From assembly GCF_037042905.1 (NCBI RefSeq), contig NC_087250.1, positions 11,534,001-11,598,000 of the forward strand: 64,000 nt of DNA, given 5' to 3'. Under the pieces are notes generated by a model, which was not told where the DNA came from, made no database searches, and saw only the letters and a program-made list of their open reading frames with translations. How positions within the stretch are numbered: position 1 is the first letter of the stretch; each line of letters starts with the position of its first letter. Positions 1 through 10,609 of the stretch are shown here, piece after piece. Source of the stretch: Lytechinus pictus. Taxonomy: Eukaryota. The position numbers and the translations under genes are program-made.

Positions 1-474
1 TAATGCCCCTGAAATTATCATTTTTGGTTCACAAACCCTTTATAGGAATCTGATCAAATGTTCTTTTAAAAAATTTCAACATCACATTTATTTTCTTATG
101 TATTTTATTGTTTTTTCAATGGAAATAGTCAGGGACTATATTTTGACCATAAACAAGGTGAAATTTATTTATTTTAATCAGTAAAAGGAAAAATAATGGT
201 ACATTTATGAATTATGGCTAAAAACACTATTTGAATTAGATTTGTACACAAATTCACTTTTTTGAGCAATTTTGGGTCTGCATGCACTTACAAAATGTTG
301 CATAATTTCGGAACCGCATACCAGGGGGTCGCAATTTTGGTCTCAAAAGTTGCGTGAGACTTGAAAAAGGAAAGTCTGTGAGTGACGCGGTAAAAAAATA
401 TGTGCAGTGGATTTATCACAAAAAATGACGAGGGGGGGCTGAATCAGCCCCCCCCCCAGTCTTATTAGGGTTAA
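1..474. mobile_element. Right end of a piggyBac-type non-autonomous DNA transposon
   Basis: Terminal ...TTATTAGGG|TTAA (TTAA at 471-474) preceded by the subterminal palindrome GGGGGGGCTGAATCAGCCCCCCC. Confidence 0.55.
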
Positions 475-1420
475 AAAAAAATTCTATAGGCCTACTGATT
501 GTTTTTAATATACATTTGATCAGAATTCCTGAATTAAAAAATATGTAGTTCAAGGGCTTTATTTATAGATTTGAATTGAATTTGTATTTCATGCACTAAA
601 ATTGGTACAATTGATTCAAGTGAAATAAAGCATATTGATTTACCGGTAATGAAATTAAGCTTTGAAACCTCATGTACGTCAATTTCTTCCATTGTGCAAA
701 TTCTCCTTCCCCCCCCCCCCTCGATTCAGACTCGGTATACCTCGGGACTACATGTATATGTTCATGTATTAGATTAGGGAATAAAATGTCAAATTACTTA
801 ATGTGTTCTTTTTTTGTAGGCATTCAATTTCCATGATTTAGTAATTTTGGGGGAAATATGAACTTTTCTGTTGTAAATTCATTAACAAAATTGTGGTAAT
901 CTCTTATTTGAAACATCAAGAGCTTAAATCATACTGTATTTAGTGTATAGTTTAATTGATTTAGAGAAAATTGCATCATTCGTTGGAAAAAAACGTTTTA
1001 AAACGATTTAAAACGTTTTAAAACAATAAAAAACGTTTTATTTGTTTTTTTTAATAAAAAACGTTTTTTATCACAACCCTGGCATTAGACATTTTTAACA
1101 TACGTGGTAAAATAAGCGTAATTTATACAGGAAATCTTCATAAGCCATGGACTCAATCGTGGATTTTCAAAACCACCTTTGTGAATTTGGGCCTTAATGT
1201 CTTGCTCCTTTGATTCCTCTAGTTTCTGCATGAACGAGGACAAGTAAAGGGGACATTCTACTCCGTTGATCTTGCTACAATTTCGCAAGCCACAAATCGG
1301 GCAGGATTGGGGGAAAATGAACCTTTTACGTCAAGTCAGCGAAAAATGCTCTGCAGGAACAAAAATTATCAAGTGGAGCATCCCGGTTCTACTGTTAGTA
1401 CATGTATGTCTGGAAAGACA

Positions 1421-1579
1421 TGGGGCCTGTTGCATAAAACTTTTTACCTGAGAAAACTCTGGTAAAAACTGAAAACTGAGGTTAGTCTGATTTCTGCCAT
1501 TGACTTTAACACAGGGCAAAAACTCCGGTAAAAACAACCTGAGTTTTCTCAGGTAAAAAGTTTTATGCAACGGGCCCCA
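1421..1579. mobile_element. MITE with GGGGCC-type termini
   Basis: About 39-bp near-perfect TIRs TGGGGCCTGTTGCATAAAACTTTTTACCTGAGAAAACTC / GAGTTTTCTCAGGTAAAAAGTTTTATGCAACGGGCCCCA. Confidence 0.85.
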
Positions 1580-1981
1580 GGTTGTACTCATCCCACCATT
1601 CCCATGACTGATCGGGAAGAACGGCGGGAAACTTTGAGCAGGTTCAAAATTTCTCACCAATCACGCCGATCTGAATGAATGCCCGCCTTTACCCTGTCTT
1701 TACAATGCTGTTGTTACGCTGTTCCAGATATCAACCGATTCCTATCCCTTGGATGTCTAATGATCGGGATAGATCAGGTTTCCGGATGGTAGTTAAATTG
1801 CCCCTTTTATCAGGAAAGATTTCCTTTGAAATCAAACAAGTGGTGAAATGGACACAACTGAATGTAATTTGATAGTGGTATATGTTTGTGGACTACATTG
1901 TTGTAAACCCAAGTGATTTTCTACTACACCTCGCTGTGTTTTTGTTGTTTTGATAAATCAGTGTTTGTCTGTTGTTTTCAG

Positions 1982-2227
1982 ATGGGTAACACCGATCAGC
2001 AGACTTCATCTTCCTTCGCTGCAGCGGCTGCTGCTGCTGTCGCCGCCCAGGCCTCGTCCCAGACCTCTACATCAGGGGCCCCAGCAACCCAGGGGTCCAC
2101 TCAACCTGTTGCTCCCATCTCGTCCATACCAACGCCGGTGTCAGGGGTACAGGTCCCTTCCTCTACTAGCGTATCCACCACCCTCCAACAGATCTTCACC
2201 ACAAATATTGTGCAGTTAGTGGGCAAG
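1982..2227 (+). CDS. BICRA: BICRA/GLTSCR1-like protein, internal coding exon (A/S/T/Q-rich; MGNTDQQ...VQLVGK)
   Basis: Acceptor tgttttcag|ATG, donor AAG|gtaatg; 246 nt, phase 0/0; splices in frame to the next exon. The gene probably continues upstream of the window. Confidence 0.75.
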
Positions 2228-2588
2228 GTAATGATGATTGCGATGATGATGATAATTGAAGATGATTATGATGATGAAGATGATTTTGGTGATGACGATG
2301 GTGTTGATGATAATAATAATACATATGATTTATATAGCGTCTTTTCCATTTTGATTAAATGCTCAAGGCACTTAGAAGAGAGCAAAACATAAAAGTAAAG
2401 AGAACTAAGAGAAGTACAAGAAAGGGTAAATTAAAAATGAGGAAAAATTACTTCAAACCTAGTACCTGCTGATGAACTCACATTTACTGTGGTTTAGTTG
2501 CAGTGAATTTGATTTCATCCAGGTGTCAATGATGATGATAAAAAATGAAACTTTAGAAACTACCATTCTTGTATCCTTTTTACTGTAG

Positions 2589-2714
2589 AACCTGACACCT
2601 CAGCAACAAGACGTCTTGAGGCGCCTCCAGGAGCAGTTGAAGAACATGACCCCACAGCAGCAACAAGAGTTCTACCGACAGCATCAGGTCAAGCTACAGC
2701 AGGGACAGAAAAAG
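2589..2714 (+). CDS. BICRA: BICRA-like exon (Q-rich helix NLTPQQQDVLRRLQEQLKNMTPQQQQEFYRQHQVKLQQGQKK)
   Basis: Acceptor tttactgtag|, donor AAG|gttagg; 126 nt, phase 0/0, open frame. Confidence 0.8.
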
Positions 2715-2974
2715 GTTAGGCCAATTCCTTAGTTGACTTTCAATCCCAGCGCACACTATGCAATGAGATCCAATCGCAACAAGTCGCATCTGGTGCCCCG
2801 TTTCATAAAGAGTTACAACCGTTGTAACTTTGCCATTAGGGACAGAAAAAGGTTAGGCCAATTCCTTAGTTGACTTTCAATCCCAGCGCACACTATGCAA
2901 TGAGATCCAATCGCAACAAGTCGCATCTGGGGCCCCGTTTCATAAAGAGTTACAACTGTTGGAACTTTGCCATT
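2701..2974 (+). repeat. 137-bp tandem duplication spanning an exon end and splice donor
   Basis: 2701-2837 and 2838-2974 are near-identical (about 3 mismatches). Confidence 0.95.
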
Positions 2975-3239
2975 ATGACAACAACCATGGCAACAGGGCT
3001 CAGCAGCCAATCAAAATCAAGCTTACCATGGTAGTTGCCATAATGGCAAAGTTACAACAGTTGTATGAAACGGGCCCTTGATCTCAGTGCAAGCACATCA
3101 CAGGCCAGTGCACACACTGTAACAGCTCTGCAATGCCCTGCATCTTCATGGCACCAATATTGCTGTGGTTTGCGTACACTTTCTTATTTTGTTGCAATTG
3201 GATCATTGTGCAATTGCTTGCATAGTGTGCACTGGGCTT
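2879..3239. mobile_element. MITE (TIR CCCAG.GCACACTATGCAA) containing a nested GGGCCC-type MITE at about 2929-3077
   Basis: Outer TIRs at 2879-2900 and 3218-3239; inner TIRs GGGCCCCGTTTCATA / TATGAAACGGGCCC; the inner element has a second copy at 6663-6810. Confidence 0.75.
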
Positions 3240-3368
3240 AAGCCCAGGATAAAATACATGTAAAATTTAGGTTCCCTTGTTAAAATATTTGATGCAATAG
3301 GGCCCAGGAAACAGTCCGTAAATGGCCTTAGATCAATTTCTTTTTCCTTTTGTGTGTTCTTTGTAAAG

Positions 3369-3437
3369 GTCCAAGATGCGTCAAGTTCAGCAGTACAACC
3401 TGTGCAGCAGCCCTCCTCCAGTACTCCAACACCAAAG
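3369..3437 (+). CDS. BICRA: BICRA-like exon (VQDASSSAVQPVQQPSSSTPTPK)
   Basis: Acceptor ctttgtaaag| after a pyrimidine tract, donor AAG|gtatgc; 69 nt, phase 0/0. Confidence 0.75.
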
Positions 3438-3902
3438 GTATGCTACTAACCACAATTTTGACAGATATCTATTGTAAATTCATTGTCAGAATTTTGACAC
3501 CGTAGTGTCCGTTAGTAATTGCCTGTGAAGCACCTTGAGCATCTAAATGAGATAGAAAATGTACTCTATAAATCAGGGATTCTCAAATGGTGGCGCGCGC
3601 GCCACTTGTGGCGCACCGAGCCTTCCGGATTGGCGCGTGGGATCCAGTATAAAAAAGAAAAAGCATTAGAAAATAAAAGGTTGATCTACTATTAATCTGG
3701 AATCGAGGGTTGATCATTTAATTTCAAAGGGAAAATAAAAACTCAGCTCTTTGAAATCTAAATGCTATTTGATTTCCTCTGATTTTGTGTAATCTAGCAT
3801 TCGATAACCCCTATTATGGAGGATCTATTTAATGTATTCATTTACGATTGGTACAAAGACTATGTACATAATATGTGAACATAGATTTGTGAAATGTGCT
3901 TT

Positions 3903-4153
3903 TAATAATAAGAATAATAATCATAATTACGTTTTATTTACTCAGGGTAGCCATTTCGGTTAGGGAACTGCAGCGGGCCCTGCATTCCCATGTATGTTAT
4001 TACTACCCTTCTCGAATCTAAATGCTGAGCGCCAAGCAAGAAGGCAGAAGGTTCCATTCCTATGTATATTTTTTTTGTATGACTCTGTTGGGGATCGAAC
4101 CCACGGCCTCCCGTTCATGAGGCTAACGCTCTACCACTAATCAACATACCCGG
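3903..4153 (-). mobile_element. tRNA-derived SINE (Met-like head), degenerate
   Basis: Minus strand reads ...TAGTGGTAGAGCGTTAGCCTCATGAACGGGAGGCCGTGGGTTCGATCCCC (A and B boxes) and ends in a (TTA)n tail; related fragment at about 8720-8832. Confidence 0.7.
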
Positions 4154-4326
4154 TTTGCTTTTCAAACACGACCCTGATCAAGAACAAAATTTAATACAGA
4201 AACATAATAATTAACACTAATTTGAGCAAGTCACTTATCATTTCTTTTGAAATAAATTGTGTAGTTGGTATTTTTATATCTTCTGTTGATTGAGAACCCC
4301 TCTCGGCCATTTAAAAAGCTTTTTAC

Positions 4327-4927
4327 TTAAAGGACACGTCCACCCCAACAAAAATTTGATGTGAATAAAAAGAGAAAATCCAACAAGCATAACACTGAAA
4401 ATTTCATCAAAATCGGATGTAAAACAAGAAAGTTATGACATTTTAAAGTTTTGCTTAATTTCAGAAAACAATACGCACATCCTGGTGGGTATGCAAATGA
4501 GAAGACTGATGACGTCATCCACTCACTATTTCTTTTGTATTTTATTATATGAAATAGGGAATATTCTAATTTTCTCCTCATTGTCAAGCGAGACAACGAT
4601 TAATTCCTCCCTGAATGAGCATTGTTTCATACCATATGATTCAGTCAAGTCGGTCCTTATTGTCAAATCTATCAAAAATGAAATATTGTATAATTCAAAC
4701 AATAAAAAACAAAAGAAAAAGTGAGTGAGGGACATCATCAAATGAGACATCATCGAATGTCTCATTTGAGTTGTGCATATCACTGTTTTGTGAAAAATAA
4801 GGAAAACTTTAAAATGTTATAACTTTCTTATTTTACATCCGATTTTTATGAAATTTTCAGCGTTTTGCTAGTTCGATTTTTCTCTATTTATTAAAATCAA
4901 CATTTTTCTGGAATACTTGACATTTAA
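4327..4927. mobile_element. About 600-bp TTAA-flanked long-TIR MITE (Kolobok-like AG..CT termini)
   Basis: Starts TTAA|AGGACA.GTCCACCCC; long inverted arms; homologous to 15795-16388. Confidence 0.85.
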
Positions 4928-5119
4928 GCTCTTCAGGTGGTCCTGCAGTCCTCCCCCCCCCACACCACAAAGTTTCGCTCTCCGCGTGTTGGATAGTGGA
5001 GCAGTCCAGATTCTCAACAAGAAATTTGGCGCTTCAACAAAATTAATTGAGAATGGCTGCTATAAATACTATTTATAATTTGTGTTTGATTATTATTTTT
5101 ATTTATTATTCCATCTTAG

Positions 5120-5295
5120 GCTCAGTTGTCTCCGGTGAGAGCTCCCAAGCCCAGCCGTAGCAAGGCCAAGAAGAAAGGGGCCAAGGCGTCTCCCAAAGGA
5201 GACCGAATGGAGGATAAAGGGGGTAGAGAAGTGGAAATCATCTCCCCTCCACCGCCCCCTAAGCCCCCGACGCCACCACCGGCTGCAGCTGAATT
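5120..5295 (+). CDS. BICRA: BICRA-like exon (basic NLS-like SKAKKKGAK and a poly-Pro stretch)
   Basis: Acceptor ccatcttag|, donor TT|gtaagt; 176 nt, phase 0/2, matches the next exon. Confidence 0.85.
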
Positions 5296-5329
5296 GTAAG
5301 TCATCAGACTTTGGCTTGGTTCTGTTTGG

Positions 5330-5656
5330 AACTTTGAGATGTTATAACTTTCTTGTTTTACAACCAAGTTTTGATGAAATTCTCAGTGTTATGCTTGTTG
5401 GATCACACATCAAATGACCTGACTGTCATATATTCTGCCAAAGATTATTATGGAAAGGGTGAGTCTTTAGGTCAAAGGTCTAAATTTGTTCATTATATAT
5501 ATATGCATATTGGTTTTTGCACGATATTAAGTTCAATCATATTGAATGAATTTCTGATCGTGTTAAGCGGGGGCATCTGTGTCCTTTGGACACGTCATAT
5601 TTCTAATTCTCTTTTTATTCAAATCAAGTTTCTGTTGGGGTGGACTTGCCCTTTAA
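5330..5656. mobile_element. Right arm of the same TTAA-MITE family, interrupted by an unrelated insertion of about 200 bp (5404-5605)
   Basis: Ends GGGGTGGACTTGCCCT|TTAA; similarity to the family resumes on both sides of the insert. Confidence 0.75.
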
Positions 5657-5727
5657 GCAATTTGAAATTCAACAATAATGGGATTTTAATTTGATTTTGA
5701 ATGTTACCATTCCATTCTATTCTCCAG

Positions 5728-5876
5728 CATCCGAGAGAGGCGTGACTTAGACAAGTACTGTGTGGAGAATATTCAGTTCAAGACGCCCTTTGCTTCGTAC
5801 AACGAGGCTATACAGAGGCTGTTGCCCTACCACATAGCGCATGAGAAGATCCCCAGCAAGGAAAGTTTCAAAGAAA
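5728..5876 (+). CDS. BICRA: BICRA-like exon, GLTSCR1 domain part 1 (FKTPFASYNEAIQRLLPYHI)
   Basis: Acceptor ttctccag|, donor A|gtgagt; 149 nt, phase 2/1; RLLPYH is the GLTSCR1-domain signature. Confidence 0.92.
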
Positions 5877-5947
5877 GTGAGTATAAGCATGGCCATCAGC
5901 CGGGGGGGCATCGTTTGTTTTGCATCCCCCCCCAAAAAAAAAAAAAT

Positions 5948-6545
5948 TGTGATGTTGGTAATGGTGGTAATGATAATGCTGGTGATGGCAGGTTAGGGTA
6001 ATGATGGTGAATGTGATGATGTTGGTAATGATAGTGATGGTGGTCGGTGTTGATCGTAGTTGTAATGGCGTAGATGGAAGTGGTAATGACGGTGGTGTTG
6101 TTGGTGATGAAGGGTGTGATGGTGGCGATGGTGGTGGTGGTGTAGGTAGTAATGGATTTTTTTCTTAAATTTGCTGGGGAGGATGGTGATGGTGGTTTTG
6201 GTGGTGCGGGTGAAGGGTGCAATGGATGGTAAAGGTAGTGATGGGAGTATTGGTAACTGCGTGGGTAATGGTGGTGATGGCAGGTGAGGGTAATGATGGT
6301 GAATGTGATGATGTTGGTAATGATACTGATGGTGGTCGGTGTTGATCGTAGTTGTAATGGCGTAGATGGAAGTGGTAATGACGGTGGTGATGGGGATGAA
6401 GGGTGTGATGGGAAAGCTGGTGTTTGGTGATTGCTGTGTTTGATGGTGGGGGTATTGGTGGTAGTGGTAATAATGGATGTAAAGGCTGTGATAGTTGGGT
6501 GATGGTTTTGTTGATGATGATCATGTTGGTTGTGGTGTAACTGGT
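5948..6545. repeat. (GGT/GAT)n low-complexity tract with an internal duplication of about 117 bp
   Basis: 5981-6097 is repeated at 6273-6389. Confidence 0.85.
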
Positions 6546-6662
6546 TCCAATGATCATAATAAAAATAGCACGGTTTCTAACCATAAATTATAGATTATAT
6601 GAAAAATGATTGAAAATGACCCGGCCCATCCATCACTTATTTAAAGCAATAATTGCATTCCC

Positions 6663-6810
6663 GGGGCCCGTTTCATAAAGTGTTGTAACTTTGCCATTAT
6701 AGCAACTACCATGGTTACCTTGATTTTGATTGGCTGCTGAACCCTGTTACCATGGTATTTGCCATAAAGACAAAGTTACAATGGTTGTAACTCTTCATGA
6801 AACGGGCCCC
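6663..6810. mobile_element. GGGGCCC-type MITE, inverted relative to the 2929-3077 copy
   Basis: TIRs GGGGCCCGTTTCAT / ATGAAACGGGCCCC; internal CTTGATTTTGATTGGCTGCTGA is the reverse complement of the first copy. Confidence 0.85.
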
Positions 6811-6855
6811 TGATCAGTTATATCGATAAACGGAAGCAAATGAGTGTGGCAACTA

Positions 6856-7019
6856 GGAAGTGTTTCATGAAAGGTCTTGTCAGATTCTTGTCAGATGTTT
6901 CATCCGACAAGTCCTGTTTATCAGGCAGTTACCATAGTAACAGTGTTTCTCTTCATTTGAAATTAAAGAAAAGGTGTCAGATCTGACAATTTGACAACAA
7001 ATGCCGATGAAACATTTCC
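6856..7019. mobile_element. Degenerate MITE
   Basis: TIRs GGAAGTGTTTCAT / ATGAAACATTTCC. Confidence 0.55.
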
Positions 7020-7079
7020 ATGATTTCACAAGATTTTTTTATATTTATTTTGACTACTTGTCTTTTCCATTTTCATTAG

Positions 7080-7174
7080 CTGAGAGTTCTTTTAATGAGA
7101 TCAGTAACCAGCTGATGACAAAGAAGAAGAAGATGTTGGATAAATTCCAATACCTCCTCTATCAAGAAAGTATG
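7080..7174 (+). CDS. BICRA: BICRA-like exon, GLTSCR1 domain part 2 (FNEISNQLMTKKKKMLDKFQYLLYQESM)
   Basis: Acceptor tttcattag|, donor ATG|gtgagt; 95 nt, phase 1/0; resembles the vertebrate FExVSxQLL...ML.KY.LLL.EES segment as I recall it. Confidence 0.92.
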
Positions 7175-7632
7175 GTGAGTTAAAAGCATAAAACGTTTCT
7201 GTTTTGACAACCGTTTTTCTATATGGCAAAAAAACAAAACTAGCCCCCTCAAAAGTTGCTGAAATTTCACATTTTACTTCTTTACATCCATGAAATAGCC
7301 ATCTAATGTTTGTATTAGATTAACATTATTTTAATTGATTTTATTTTCTTATTTCTTTAATTTTTGTTTACCCCCACCAGTTAACCCGTATCGCTCATTC
7401 ATTATCAGCGTGGAAACATTTTTCTAAAGAAAAAATCTGTGGCACTTATCAACACACTACACCCTAACTCTAAAAAAGAATGATAGATTCTGTAAAATGT
7501 GCAATGGCAGTTTACTGCTCAATCGATTATAAGTTTAAAAGAAAGTTGTGTTCTTGTTCAAGTATGAACAATTTTTATTTCGGTGTGAAAGCCCAAGTCT
7601 ATCACCTTTCTTGTCCGTTCCTGTCATCACAG

Positions 7633-7735
7633 ATTGAAGTGCCGTCGTCAGAGGTTGTCATGCTGGGGCGTTTGTTTCACCAAGACGAGACGGCTGCACT
7701 CCAAGAAGAACGCAGTAGAGTCGAGGCTAACAGAG
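7633..7735 (+). CDS. BICRA: BICRA-like exon, GLTSCR1 domain part 3 (PSSEVVMLGRLFHQDETAAL)
   Basis: Acceptor catcacag|, donor G|gtaaaa; 103 nt, phase 0/1; resembles the vertebrate PSAEMVMIDRMFIQEE segment as I recall it. Confidence 0.9.
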
Positions 7736-8448
7736 GTAAAAAAGCTGTGCTATTTCCTCAAACTGAATATCTAAATACTGCTGACATGATTATGTTACCA
7801 AGTAGCAAAACCATACATTTCTTCTCTATTTCAGTTTTCCTAAAGGAATATAATTGTATAAAGGAATATAATTGTTTGCTAATTTATTCACTGTATCATT
7901 AATAGTCATCTCAAGGTAAATATCAAGACTCTATTTTTAACACACTGTCAATGAGAGGCCATGTATAGTGTTTGTCAGTTCACTCTTACCTTATTTATCC
8001 TTAAAGTTTAATGAAAAAAGTTGCACTAAAACATGTTCAAACTGAAGATCACCAACAAAGATAATGGAGAGTTTTCGCATTTACCACGTAGACACTCTAC
8101 AAGGCATCAATTCCTTTGAAAATGCAATTGAAATCACAATGGAGAGCAGAGAGGCTTTTGTCGAAAGTTGGTTGAAATGGGTTGAAATAATTATCAGGAA
8201 ATTTTGAAACTCTATCATGGAAAAATCATGGAATTTTGTTTTCTTGAAAAGCTGGGAACCCTGAAAAAGACCCATGCTCATTTGCTTATATCTAAACAGT
8301 TTCTTTTAGAATCCTTTGGTGTATATTCTTACTTGTACATACTGATACTTAGTCATTTTCTGGGATTCCGTACAAAGTCATTTCAAAATCAATACCACAA
8401 CTGACATATATCGTTAATTATTGCGTTCTTCTTTGCCTTTCCAATCAG

Positions 8449-8513
8449 GACTAGTAGAATCATTGATGCCAAAGATAGAATCCAGTCAGGACCAAGAAGC
8501 AGCCAATGCTCAG
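8449..8513 (+). CDS. BICRA: BICRA-like small exon (GLVESLMPKIESSQDQEAANAQ)
   Basis: Acceptor ccaatcag|, donor CAG|gtaagc; 65 nt, phase 1/0, which is the phase change needed between the flanking exons. Confidence 0.85.
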
Positions 8514-8904
8514 GTAAGCAACACATCGAGTTTCAAGCCTATTTCCACTCATAGAAAGATACAACATGAAAGACAATAAAAATACATATAACTCTCTAGG
8601 GACCAGAAGGCAAATTTCGAGTTATAAGATGATCTGAAATGAAACCAATGAATTAAAAAATGTATTTTAATTTTCGAAATAAAAATCTGAAATGAAATTA
8701 CTCAGAAAATTTACATCATTGAATGCCAAACAGGGTAGCAGCAACTCCCATCGTTTGAAGTCTTTTTGGTCCGACGTGGCTGGGGCTTAAACTCCTAAGC
8801 TCCCAGTTGTGAGACGGACGCTTAACCAACTGTTACTGATCCAATTCAATAGTTATATATCGATACATATTTTGCATATTCTGGGCCCCAGAACTGATAG
8901 CTTG

Positions 8905-9069
8905 TGCTTCAGTCACATTTCCCCTATGGCCACCGTACGGCGTACGGCGAGTTGAAAGCAGTTTTAACATTTATTGTACCAGCTACTTATGGGTAGTTTT
9001 AATAAAATTAGATAAAACAGCTGTTTTTGACTCGCCGTACGGCGGCCGTAGGGGAATGTGACTGCAGCA
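8905..9069. mobile_element. MITE (TGCTGCAGTCACA-type termini) nested in an older GGGCCC-type element (about 8882-9183)
   Basis: Long TIRs CAGTCACATTTCCCCTATGGCCACCGTACGGCG / CGCCGTACGGCGGCCGTAGGGGAATGTGACTG; related termini at about 17395-17506. Confidence 0.75.
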
Positions 9070-9190
9070 TCAGCGATTGATTGTTGGACAGAGTTCTATG
9101 ATTTATTGCACATTTGCTAATTATGTGTAATCAGTCTTAAAAATCCGCCATGATCAGTTGCGAAGTTTTATGTCAGAGGGCCCTGGTCTG

Positions 9191-9446
9191 AGAGTTACGA
9201 TTGATCCAATCAATCTCCACTGTATGGAAATCCATTGACGTCATCATTTTTTCTGTCAAGAAATTTTGCACAATGTCCTTTGCGAAGAAAGAAAAGCACC
9301 GTGAATTTTCAAGAAAACTGGATGTATGAATATAGAGCTTATGTAGGAATTATTTTGAATAATCATGTATTATAGAAGTTGGCGTTGCTGGCTTTCCATA
9401 GTTGTGATTTATTTGATCAATCGTAACTCTTTGTAAGACGAGGCCC
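9191..9446. mobile_element. MITE of the 57806-58080 family, opposite orientation, one end eroded
   Basis: GAGTTACGATTGATCC ... GATCAATCGTAACTCTTTGTAAGAC.AGGCCC. Confidence 0.7.
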
Positions 9447-9688
9447 TGGAGTCAGTTTTGCGATTTGAATGTGGCATCACAATGAAAAATTTCCACCTTT
9501 TGATATTTTTTTTTTTCAACAATTTTGTTACATTTCTACAGTGTGAATCACACTTTCACATAGTCCAGTATGTGAATTCACTATGTGACTCAGTGTTCTT
9601 TCCAGGGGATTATGTATATACAGTAGTTGCGCTATATAATGGACTTGGGTAGTATTATAACCAAATTAACTTCTCTTTAATTTTGCAG

Positions 9689-10609
9689 GCTGCCCATGTA
9701 GAGGCACCCTCTGAGCATTCGTTCGCCCAACCTGCCAAGGTCGCCCCTACCAAAGCTGAACCCCGCCACAAGACCAACCACGACAGAATACGAAAAAGTC
9801 CAGAGATGAACCCCTCCCGTAGGTCCGGTGGGCAGGGAGCCACTCTGCAGCGTCAAAGACAGGTGAGCGGTGACGGAGACACATCCTCGAGCACCGAAGG
9901 ACAGTATCAGTCTTCGATCGTGTCCAAGTACGGGAGCAGCGACGAGGAAGATGGTTCGAAAGGAGCGTCCGGGGGTGGCATTCGGTTACGGTTGACCAAA
10001 AGTTTATTGGTGGAGTCCAAGGTCAAGTCCCGCGATCGATCCATTACAAGTGAGAGCGATGACTCAGTACTATCCTCCCCGACCAAGCCGAAGCGGCGGA
10101 GAAGCCAACTCGAGGCGCTGCTTAGTTCTGATTCCTTAGACAGTAGCGACTACTCGCCGTCAATCGATTACAGGACTAGGGGCAGTGTGTGGAAGGTTAG
10201 CGAGAAAACTAAAGATTCTTTTGCATTCCAAGAAAGCGACGCAAGTACCCGCGACACGGTCGGCTCGCAGTCTCGCGACCGGAACCCCTCCGGAAATCAG
10301 TTCGATGCAATAATGGATGAGGATAGTGAGTGCAAAGACGTGCTTCAAGAGCAGATGGACAGTGCAGTCAACAGTATTCTTTTTCTACAGAACCCGGGTC
10401 CCAGTGATAACATGCGCCATGCCAGCCTTGCCGATATTAGCTTTGATCAGGACGATGTGTTTGACAGCGCCGACGACTCTGCAGTGTTTAATCTCGAAGA
10501 CTATGCCAATACGAGTTTCCTGGAAGAAAGCAGCGCTGTCGCCGGGCTTGAGACCGAACTCAACACGATGGATAGCGATGTTGAAGAAGCGGTCCGGAGC
10601 ATTTTGTGA
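9689..10609 (+). CDS. BICRA: BICRA-like terminal coding exon (S/D-rich disordered tail ending EEAVRSIL*)
   Basis: Acceptor ttttgcag|, 921-nt open frame to TGA; GC-rich; carries AVxSIL motifs typical of BICRA/BICRAL C-termini. Confidence 0.9.
   Translation, partial: AAHVEAPSEHSFAQPAKVAPTKAEPRHKTNHDRIRKSPEMNPSRRSGGQGATLQRQRQVSGDGDTSSSTEGQYQSSIVSKYGSSDEEDGSKGASGGGIRLRLTKSLLVESKVKSRDRSITSESDDSVLSSPTKPKRRRSQLEALLSSDSLDSSDYSPSIDYRTRGSVWKVSEKTKDSFAFQESDASTRDTVGSQSRDRNPSGNQFDAIMDEDSECKDVLQEQMDSAVNSILFLQNPGPSDNMRHASLADISFDQDDVFDSADDSAVFNLEDYANTSFLEESSAVAGLETELNTMDSDVEEAVRSIL

Larger units (their letters stand above)
3574..5059. mobile_element. hAT-type non-autonomous element with nested insertions
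   Basis: TIRs CAGGGATTCTCAA / TTGAGAATGGCTG; perfect 8-bp TSD CTATAAAT at 3566-3573 and 5060-5067. Confidence 0.8.

Noticed and set aside
1982..1984. ATG as the BICRA start codon
   Set aside because: It directly follows a strong splice acceptor and there is no promoter-like sequence upstream, so it is more likely an internal Met (not fully excluded)
5896..6584. His/Thr-rich minus-strand ORFs
   Set aside because: Low-complexity (GGT/GAT)n sequence in a BICRA intron
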